Source: an uncultured virus (IMG/VR IMGVR_UViG_3300032116_021735)
Taxonomy: Duplodnaviria > Heunggongvirae > Uroviricota > Caudoviricetes
Virus record (IMG/VR): IMGVR_UViG_3300032116_021735
DNA length: 20,000 nt
Reading direction: 5' to 3' (one strand)
Under the pieces are notes generated by a model. That model was not told the origin of the DNA. It worked only from the letters and a program-made list of their open reading frames with translations, and made no database searches. Made by a program: the position numbers and the translations under genes. This document shows, in pieces, positions 1-6,535 of this stretch. Positions within the stretch are counted from its first letter, which is position 1, and each line of letters begins with the position of its first letter.

Positions 1-1
1 T

Positions 2-1003
2 TCCTTAAATCCAAAAGAATATGAAGTAAAAATTCAATTAGAAAGTGTTCTTTCTTATGCATTTCAAGCTGAAATGAATTGTCCCAGTTCGGGAGTTCTA
101 TTTCTAGAACTTTTCTGTGGTAAGAAAAATAGAGTGGGCTTTCATTCAACAAAGTCTAAAAAAGAAGTCATTAGATTAATTGAAAGTTTTGGGTATGCTT
201 CTTTAGTAGAAAATTTGCTAAAAGACTCTTTGAATCTTGCCTCATCTAGCTCTAGAATCTTTTTAAAGAAATCTACTTCAACTTCTTCTTATCTAGAGCT
301 AGTAAAAGGTTACCACTTTTTATTAAATTCTCTTCTTAAGATTCAAACACAAGAGATTCCAAGATTGAAAGTGGCATGTATCGATGGATACATAGAAAAT
401 GTATCTGAAATACATCATCTTTTAAGTTTCCTGTCAGAGACTAAAATTCCTTGTCTTCTTCTAGTCAGAGGATTGTCAAATGACGTTCTCAATACACTAA
501 AAGTCAACAATGATAGAAAGACAATACAGGTATATCCCTACAAGACTGCTTTTGATCTTGATGAAGTTAACACTATTGTGGACGTAGCGACAGTTTCCGG
601 AGCAGATGTAATCTCTACTACAAAAGGAAATTTAATATCATCGCTAAATCCGGAGTTATTAGGAGAACTAAATACTTGTATTTTAACGGAAAAGTCTTTT
701 AGCGGAAATTCTAATTTTTCATCTTCAGTCAAAAGACACGTAGATGAGTTGATAAGAAAATCTAAAGAAAGACCAGAATTATCTGATATCCTCTCTAATA
801 GGATAAAATCATTATCTTCTGAGTGTATCAACATCTGCATACCAGATGATATGGATTTTTTTTATAGATCTAGTCAGATAGATGAAGGGATCAGAATCAT
901 TTCTTCAATCATGAATAACACATTCAATCCTGAAGAAAATGCAAAGAAATTTTATGATTCTTTTCAGAAAAACTTTGAATCTTCTGTAAGATTTTTACTT
1001 TAG
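2..1003 (+). CDS. Degenerate GroEL/Cpn60-like protein (apical and intermediate domains recognisable); 5'-partial
   Basis: The frame is open from base 2 ([25 protein letters not shown]...), so the true start probably lies upstream of the window. Segments are collinear with GroEL: [22 protein letters not shown] ~ [33 protein letters not shown]...[20 protein letters not shown] ~ ISNIREMLPVL...[32 protein letters not shown] ~ [21 protein letters not shown] ~ LQERVAKLA. No GDGTTT motif. Confidence 0.8.
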   Translation, partial: [333 protein letters not shown]

Positions 1004-1017
1004 CTCTCTCTTGTGTA

Positions 1018-1025
1018 TATAAATT
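1018..1025 (+). promoter_or_regulatory. Putative phage late-type promoter motif TATAAATT
   Basis: It lies just before ATG 1028. The same 8-mer is intergenic at 18702-18709. It resembles the T4 late promoter TATAAATA. Confidence 0.3.
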
Positions 1026-1027
1026 TT

Positions 1028-1246
1028 ATGAACATCGTTGATAAGATTTCAAGAGACTCTAGAATACTGATAGACAGTGCAAAAGACACTTTTGTGTCAA
1101 ATTTTCTCACTATGATGAGAAACAAAGACTTAGAATTAAGCAATGATCAAGTTGAAAAACTGATTAGCTTAGTTACTTTGTCTCTGGATGAGTCCTTTCA
1201 AAAGACTCTTCCTTTCTATCAGACAATGATAAAGAAGTATTTGTAA
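1028..1246 (+). CDS. Small hypothetical protein (predicted helical)
   Basis: The ORF fills the gap between its neighbours and its stop overlaps the next start (TAATG). ATG 1028 is preferred over GTG 1013. Confidence 0.7.
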   Translation: MNIVDKISRDSRILIDSAKDTFVSNFLTMMRNKDLELSNDQVEKLISLVTLSLDESFQKTLPFYQTMIKKYL

Positions 1247-1719
1247 TGAAAGGCTACAGACACCTTGTTAAATGCAGGTGTGTTTTACCTCAATACAAAG
1301 GCTTATCAAGCCCACCTGCCCATCACTTCATTGTATTTTCTGTAGTTAATGATGACGATACGGTGAGAATAAAATATTCTCAGTGCAATAACTGCGGTAT
1401 TGTTCATAAAGTCATAGATGTATGTACTTCAGATATAATTCCCGGAAAAGAAGCAATGTCTTCTATTGTTAAAATAGAAGACATTAAACTTTCACTTCCA
1501 CATAATCTTTCAGACATACTTGAGAGAAATAATGTTGATTTAGCAACATGGGAGCAAGCTCAGTTCATATTGGAGAATAAACAGTGGGGAAATTTCGTTA
1601 TCCTTGCTCAAGAAGAAGAAGCAGGCACGAAACAAGGAAAATATGTTAGGATTATGAGCGAGACCTTCTTCAAGGTGGAATCATTCTCTCGAGAAGATGT
1701 CGCTGTACCATCGGAGTAA
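1246..1719 (+). CDS. Hypothetical protein with putative Zn-binding Cys/His motifs
   Basis: 157 aa with HLVKCRC and CNNCGIVH...C motifs; translationally coupled to the upstream gene. Confidence 0.75.
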   Translation: MKGYRHLVKCRCVLPQYKGLSSPPAHHFIVFSVVNDDDTVRIKYSQCNNCGIVHKVIDVCTSDIIPGKEAMSSIVKIEDIKLSLPHNLSDILERNNVDLATWEQAQFILENKQWGNFVILAQEEEAGTKQGKYVRIMSETFFKVESFSREDVAVPSE

Positions 1720-1721
1720 AA

Positions 1722-1970
1722 ATGTCAGAGATATACGGTCAGTTAGAATCTGAGAAGTTAGCTGCCGATAACAAGGTGGCACACGAGATTGTCCGAGAAA
1801 TCAACCATTTCGGAATCAATGATCGACAGCGCTGGTTGATCATCTATTACCTCGGCCTCGAACTGGAGAACGTGGACGAGTTGAAGGAGCTCACGGGATT
1901 CGTGAAGGAGTTCAAAGGCAAGGACCTCTTCATCTCCAAGATCTATGGTGCCACAGAAGGAGACGAGTGA
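1722..1970 (+). CDS. Hypothetical protein, coupled to clpP
   Basis: 82 aa; GGAG Shine-Dalgarno at 1713-1716; stop overlaps the clpP start (TGATG). Confidence 0.75.
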   Translation: MSEIYGQLESEKLAADNKVAHEIVREINHFGINDRQRWLIIYYLGLELENVDELKELTGFVKEFKGKDLFISKIYGATEGDE

Positions 1971-2563
1971 TGGGAAGATTAGTCAGCAACTCCGCGAGAG
2001 TTTCGAAAACAAATAGTGATGAATCATCTACCACAATGGGAATCGCGATGGGAGACTCTCAGCGACTCGTTGTCCTCCACGGCGAGGTGAACGAGGCATC
2101 CATCTCACTGGTGGTCGCCCAGTTACTCCACCTCGCCTCTCAGAACCACAAGCCCATCCACCTCGTGATCTCCACGTACGGCGGATCGGTGGACGAGATG
2201 TTCACCTTGTACGATACGATCAAATTTCTCCCATGTCCAGTCCACACCATCGCCCTCGGAAAGGTCATGAGTGCAGGTGTTCTACTCCTCGCCACAGGAG
2301 CCAAAGGCAAGAGGATGATCGGCCGGAACGCTCGAGTGATGATCCATCCAATCTCCGGCGGTGTCGGAGGAAATGTGTTCGAAGTGATCAACGAGTCTAA
2401 GGAGCACAAGCGCATGCAGGACCAGATGGTGGATGCGATTGTCCGCGAGACCAAGGGTTCCAAGGCGGAGATTGAGAAGATCATGAAGTCCGGACACGAC
2501 TTCTACCTCCTTCCAGAACAAGCCGTCAAGCTCGGAATCGTAGACAAGATCATTGGTGACTGA
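1970..2563 (+). CDS. clpP: ClpP-family serine protease subunit
   Basis: IHLVISTYGGSV, YDTIKF, GKVMSAG (catalytic Ser), ARVMIHP (His), HDFYLLPEQAVKLGIVDKI (Asp and C-terminal motif). AAGGAG at 1957-1962 favours ATG 1970 over GTG 1967. Confidence 0.95.
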   Translation: MGRLVSNSARVSKTNSDESSTTMGIAMGDSQRLVVLHGEVNEASISLVVAQLLHLASQNHKPIHLVISTYGGSVDEMFTLYDTIKFLPCPVHTIALGKVMSAGVLLLATGAKGKRMIGRNARVMIHPISGGVGGNVFEVINESKEHKRMQDQMVDAIVRETKGSKAEIEKIMKSGHDFYLLPEQAVKLGIVDKIIGD

Positions 2564-2567
2564 TACC

Positions 2568-2596
2568 GGTGCAAAGTGTACCCCACGCGGTATAAT
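2568..2596 (+). promoter_or_regulatory. Putative sigma70-type promoter (perfect -10 TATAAT, atypical -35) for the helicase
   Basis: TATAAT at 2591-2596 sits in an otherwise GC-rich intergenic gap. GTGCAA lies 16 bp upstream (2569-2574). The ATG is only 11 nt downstream and has no SD. Confidence 0.55.
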
Positions 2597-2607
2597 GTCA
2601 GGCCAAC

Positions 2608-4257
2608 ATGCCTAAACATGACTACGTGAGGTATTTTCCATTTGACAGGATCCGTCCTGAACAACGAAATGCGATTGAATTCGCCCTGGATGCATACGAA
2701 TCCGGCAAGAAGGCCGTTCTGCTAGAAATGGGAACGGGTACAGGTAAATCCGCCACAGGTATCTGTATCTCCCGTTATATGGAGGCCCATGCTCCTGTTG
2801 TGAAGGATGAGGAGGGAATGCCTCTAGCAGGCTCCTACATTATAACAACACAGAAGATTCTCCAGGAGCAATACATGAACGATTTCGGGCCACAATCCGG
2901 AAAGAACCTTATTCGTACGATTAAATCATCCTCAAACTATCGGTGCAAGCACTACTCAGATAACTCCTGCTCTGAGTCAAAGAGATTGCTACAGAAACTT
3001 GGCAAACAGGTGGCAGGTACAGATTTCGCCAAAACCTGCAAGAATGAATGCACGTACTCCCTGGAAAAACAAGATTTTATTGAATCACCAATCTCCATCA
3101 CGAATTTCTCCTATTTTCTGGCGGAGACCACGTACGCAGGAAAGTTAACTCCTCGAGCCCTCCTCGTGGTGGATGAGTGCCACAACACGGAAACGGAGCT
3201 GGGCAAGTTCATTGAGGTGAGTTTCTCTGAGAAGTTCGCTCGAGATGTTCTCAAGTGTAAGATACCGAAGCTGGACACCCAGGAGGCCGTTCTCGAGTGG
3301 GTGAAGGGCCCGTACCGCAAGGCGGTGAACAAGTACGTTCGAGAGTTGGAGAAGAACCTCGTGAGGCTCTCAGATTCGGAAGGCCAAGGTGAGTTCTCGA
3401 AGCAGTACGAGATGCTCGAGAAGCATACCGGTAAGATCGATCAGTTCATCGAGGTATACAATCCAACCAATTGGGTGATGAACGTGGCCTACCCACAGGA
3501 GGGCAATCGCAGGGGAGCCCGTAAGTTCGAGTTCAAACCCGTCGATCTGGGACCATACTCGCAGAAGGTGTTCCTTCGATCAGGTGCTCGAACCCTGATG
3601 ATGAGTGCCACTGTTGTGGACCACGAAGTTTTCTGCAAATCTATCGGCCTAGATCCTGCCGATGTTGCCTACCTCCGCATCGGATCTCCCTTCCCCGTGG
3701 AGAACAGGCCTGCCCACTACATACCTGTGGGTTCGATGGGCAAGGACTCAATCGACAAGACCCTTCCAATCATGGCGGAGGCGGTCAAGATGATTCTCGA
3801 CAAGCATCCTGATGTGAAGGGAATCATCCATACGAGCAATTATAAAGTTGCAAAATACCTTATGGAGAATGTGAAGACCAACCGGTTCCTCACCCATGAG
3901 TCCGCCAACCGCGATGAGGTTCTTAAGTTCCACGTGACTTCCTCAGAGCCTACAGTACTCCTATCTCCTTCGATGATGGAAGGTGTTGACCTCGCTGATG
4001 ATGCCTCGCGGTTTCAGATACTGTGCAAGGTACCCTTCCCGTACCTCGGTGACCTCGTGATCAAGAAGCGAATGGAGAAGGACAAAATGTGGTACCCTTA
4101 CACCACCGCGAAGTCTGTCATCCAGGCATTCGGTCGATCTATTCGAAACGAGAAAGACCACGCAGTTTCCTACATTCTGGACTCAGACTGGGACAGGTTC
4201 TACTCCCGGAACATCCACATGTTCCCCCAGGAATTTAGGTCATCCTTCATCAAGTAG
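2608..4257 (+). CDS. DinG/XPD(Rad3)-family SF2 DNA helicase with putative 4Fe-4S cluster
   Basis: Q motif (RPEQ), motif I MGTGTGKS, motif II DECH, motif III MSAT, motif V EGVD, motif VI QAFGRSIR. Four Cys lie between motifs I and II (NYRC..SC..TCKNECTY). Confidence 0.92.
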   Translation: MPKHDYVRYFPFDRIRPEQRNAIEFALDAYESGKKAVLLEMGTGTGKSATGICISRYMEAHAPVVKDEEGMPLAGSYIITTQKILQEQYMNDFGPQSGKNLIRTIKSSSNYRCKHYSDNSCSESKRLLQKLGKQVAGTDFAKTCKNECTYSLEKQDFIESPISITNFSYFLAETTYAGKLTPRALLVVDECHNTETELGKFIEVSFSEKFARDVLKCKIPKLDTQEAVLEWVKGPYRKAVNKYVRELEKNLVRLSDSEGQGEFSKQYEMLEKHTGKIDQFIEVYNPTNWVMNVAYPQEGNRRGARKFEFKPVDLGPYSQKVFLRSGARTLMMSATVVDHEVFCKSIGLDPADVAYLRIGSPFPVENRPAHYIPVGSMGKDSIDKTLPIMAEAVKMILDKHPDVKGIIHTSNYKVAKYLMENVKTNRFLTHESANRDEVLKFHVTSSEPTVLLSPSMMEGVDLADDASRFQILCKVPFPYLGDLVIKKRMEKDKMWYPYTTAKSVIQAFGRSIRNEKDHAVSYILDSDWDRFYSRNIHMFPQEFRSSFIK

Positions 4258-4300
4258 TTTACTTTTTTGAAGTTGGTCCATATATTCCTGAATCAGGAGG
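4258..4300 (+). promoter_or_regulatory. Putative sigma70-type promoter plus SD for the Hc1-like gene, overlapped by a 13-bp palindrome
   Basis: TTTACT (4258-4263), 17-bp spacer, TATATT (4281-4286); palindrome TCCTGA-A-TCAGGA (4286-4298); AGGAGG (4295-4300). Confidence 0.6.
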
Positions 4301-4312
4301 TCACATTAACAA

Positions 4313-4516
4313 ATGAGTGATAACCCAATCGTATCGAAGTGGAATGAGTTGAAGGCCCTAGTTGAAGCTCTCGAGGCCGATGTTGCCAAGAATGCAAAGG
4401 GCGTTGCTGCTGCCGGCGTGCGGGCTCGCAAGGGTCTTCGCCAGTTACAGTCAAAGTCAAAAGAGATTGTTAAGCTCATGATTGAGACTGACAAAGCTGG
4501 AAAACAAGAGAAGTAG
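4313..4516 (+). CDS. Histone H1-like nucleoid protein, Hc1 family (short form)
   Basis: LKALVEALEADVAKNAKGVAAAGVRARKGLRQLQSKSKEI matches the Hc1/HctA N-terminal pattern (D..K..KGNKAA..R.R). AGGAGG lies upstream. Confidence 0.85.
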   Translation: MSDNPIVSKWNELKALVEALEADVAKNAKGVAAAGVRARKGLRQLQSKSKEIVKLMIETDKAGKQEK

Positions 4517-4517
4517 C

Positions 4518-4757
4518 ATGAGACAAATTGATTTGATCAAAAGAATTTTAGCAAATAAAGCTCAGGAAGTTATTGCTGAAAATAATTCAGAGATCAATGA
4601 GTCTAATGAAGTGCCTCCCGTAGAAGATAAAAATAATGTTTCTCTTGAGCAAGAGAAACATTCTCAAACTGAAAGTAATTCTACAGTTAAGGAAACTTCA
4701 AAAAAGAAAAATACTTTCCCTTCAAAAAAGAAAAAAACGCCTGAATCAGGCGTTTAG
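4518..4757 (+). CDS. Hypothetical low-complexity protein (acidic middle, Lys-rich tail)
   Basis: ATG 4518 is 1 nt after the Hc1 stop. The product is E/N/S-rich with a basic C-terminus. Its stop overlaps the stop of the convergent gene (TTAG at 4754-4757). Confidence 0.6.
   Translation: MRQIDLIKRILANKAQEVIAENNSEINESNEVPPVEDKNNVSLEQEKHSQTESNSTVKETSKKKNTFPSKKKKTPESGV
4724..4755 (-). terminator. Intrinsic terminator downstream of the sigma-region-4 gene (possibly bidirectional)
   Basis: The minus strand reads CGCCTG-ATT-CAGGCG-TTTTTTTCTTTTTT right after the TAA stop. Perfect inverted repeat AAACGCCTGA-A-TCAGGCGTTT at 4735-4755. Confidence 0.65.
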
Positions 4758-5020
4758 CTTTGAATAAAGCTTCTAATTTTTTGATAAATATTTTTTTCTA
4801 TTTGACAAATTCTCATTCTCGTCAGGCCGTAGATCTTCCCAATCTCGTTTAGGGTTAAAGGTCCGGCCTGACTCGTTATTAAAATACAATTTTTACCTTT
4901 TGGGAAATCTATCCACTGTTTACAAGATTTTCTCTCACATTTGCAAGAGCTTTTTTCTACAGCATCATAGCATTTTTCTTTCACTACATTTAACTTTATT
5001 TTTTCTTGATTGTTGCTCAT
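4754..5020 (-). CDS. Stand-alone sigma70 region-4 HTH protein with Cys-rich N-terminus
   Basis: PLTLNEIGKIYGLTRMRICQIEKNIYQKIR ~ sigma70 region 4.2 ([28 protein letters not shown]). Five Cys precede the HTH. At 88 aa it has no sigma region 2. Confidence 0.85.
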   Translation of the reverse strand: MSNNQEKIKLNVVKEKCYDAVEKSSCKCERKSCKQWIDFPKGKNCILITSQAGPLTLNEIGKIYGLTRMRICQIEKNIYQKIRSFIQS

Positions 5021-5080
5021 AGATCTGTGTAAGATAATTTAGCAAGGAATGATTTTTGTATAAGTCATCTTCTAATACAC

Positions 5081-6484
5081 ATGAAAAAAACTTACATACT
5101 CGACACAAACGTCCTCCTCAGCGATCCAAACTGCTTCAATAACTTTCAAGACAATGATGTGATCCTTCCGATCCTTGTCTTGGAAGAACTTGACAAACAT
5201 AAAGGCAGGTCAGATGAGGTAGGACGAACCGCTCGAGAGGTCAACAGGATCCTCGATAAGATTAGTGAATCAGGTTCTCTAAAAGAAGGTGTCTCTCTAC
5301 CTTCCGGAGGAATTCTTAGAGTGATGTCCTCACCGACTGGATACAACGCACTTCTCCCGCCCGAGCTTGTTGTTGGATCTTCGGTAGACAATATGATCAT
5401 TGGATTCGTCCTGATGCTTCAGCGGGAAGTTCCTGAAGCAATCCTCGTTTCCAAGGACATCAACGTCCGTGTTAAGTGCTCTTCTCTAGGCATCGAGGCT
5501 CAGGACTATCTGTCTAACAGAGCCACTGATTCTGCAGAGCATCTCTACACAGGCGTGAAAGTATTCGTGGTTCCTTACGATGTCGTAGAGATGTTCTACG
5601 CAAGAGACTCTATCCACATGGACAACGTAACCACGGAGAAACTGTATCCCAATCAGATACTCGTCATCAAGTCAGTTGATTCCGAAGGTAACACTCTCAA
5701 GTCTGCGATCTGTAGGGTCAAGGGAGACATGCTCCACCACCTCAGAAAAATCGATCAAGTCTTTGGTGTGAAACCACGTAACAAAGAACAGACATTTTCT
5801 ATCGAACTCCTGATGGATCCCAGTGTCAAACTGGTGACACTCACCGGCAAGGCGGGCTGTGGAAAGACTCTCATCGCCATTGCGGCAGGATTGGAGCAAC
5901 TCGAGGCAATGGGAAACGATGGACCATACCAGAAGCTTATCGTTTCTCGACCAGTTCAACCAGTAGGACGAGACATCGGCTTCCTGCCCGGCACTCTTGC
6001 TGAGAAGATGGAACCATGGATTGCTCCCATCAGGGACAACCTCGAGTACCTCCTCAGCAGCAAGTCTGGTAAGAAGGGAAACAGCCGTAGCAAGAAGCGG
6101 ATGGATGAACTCGCAGGCGGCAGTGGAACATCAGGTCTCAGCAAGGATCCTTTCCTCGAGTTAATGCAATCGAAGGGCCTCATCGAGGTGGAGGCGATCA
6201 CCTTCATCCGCGGCCGCTCAATCCCCAACGCATTCATCATCATCGACGAGGCGCAGAACCTCTCGATGCACGAGTTAAAAACCATCGTGACTCGTGCTGG
6301 CGAAGGCACAAAGATTGTTCTCACTGGTGATGTTGAACAGATCGACAACAATCACGTGGACACCTTCACCAACGGTCTCACACACGCTGTTGAGAAGTTT
6401 AAGGACCAAGAAATCTCAGGTCACGTAACTCTTCTCAAGGGAGAACGCAGTGAGCTTGCAACTCTTGCTTCTAAGATTCTTTAA
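5081..6484 (+). CDS. phoH: PIN-PhoH (PhoH2/YlaK-like) protein
   Basis: PIN domain: YILDTNVLL, VLEELD, VDNMI, SKDINVR. PhoH ATPase: GKAGCGKT, SRP, IGFLPG, EKMEPW, IRGRS, DEAQN, TRAGEGTKIVLTGD..Q, ERSELA. Confidence 0.95.
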   Translation: MKKTYILDTNVLLSDPNCFNNFQDNDVILPILVLEELDKHKGRSDEVGRTAREVNRILDKISESGSLKEGVSLPSGGILRVMSSPTGYNALLPPELVVGSSVDNMIIGFVLMLQREVPEAILVSKDINVRVKCSSLGIEAQDYLSNRATDSAEHLYTGVKVFVVPYDVVEMFYARDSIHMDNVTTEKLYPNQILVIKSVDSEGNTLKSAICRVKGDMLHHLRKIDQVFGVKPRNKEQTFSIELLMDPSVKLVTLTGKAGCGKTLIAIAAGLEQLEAMGNDGPYQKLIVSRPVQPVGRDIGFLPGTLAEKMEPWIAPIRDNLEYLLSSKSGKKGNSRSKKRMDELAGGSGTSGLSKDPFLELMQSKGLIEVEAITFIRGRSIPNAFIIIDEAQNLSMHELKTIVTRAGEGTKIVLTGDVEQIDNNHVDTFTNGLTHAVEKFKDQEISGHVTLLKGERSELATLASKIL

Positions 6485-6535
6485 TCTAAACCTGTCCAAT
6501 TATTTATATTCCGACATAATTTCTCTAGAAGATCA

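Noticed and set aside
1001..1030. The GroEL-like ORF and the next ORF are in frame, separated by a single TAG (possible amber recoding or readthrough)
   Set aside because: Very long ORFs contain no internal TAG, other TAG stops are followed quickly by more stops, and the downstream ORF does not resemble the missing GroEL region. In-frame adjacency occurs one time in three by chance.
1970..2563. ClpP as a prohead maturation protease
   Set aside because: No adjacent portal, terminase or capsid gene and no scaffold extension; it resembles cellular ClpP in length and motifs. This cannot be excluded genome-wide.
2608..4257. DinG helicase as part of a type IV CRISPR or defence system
   Set aside because: No repeat-spacer array, csf/cas genes or defence-type neighbours are visible in the window.
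4482..4517. Extended start of the ORF 4482-4757
   Set aside because: It overlaps the Hc1 gene and uses a non-ATG start; ATG 4518 right after the Hc1 stop is more plausible.
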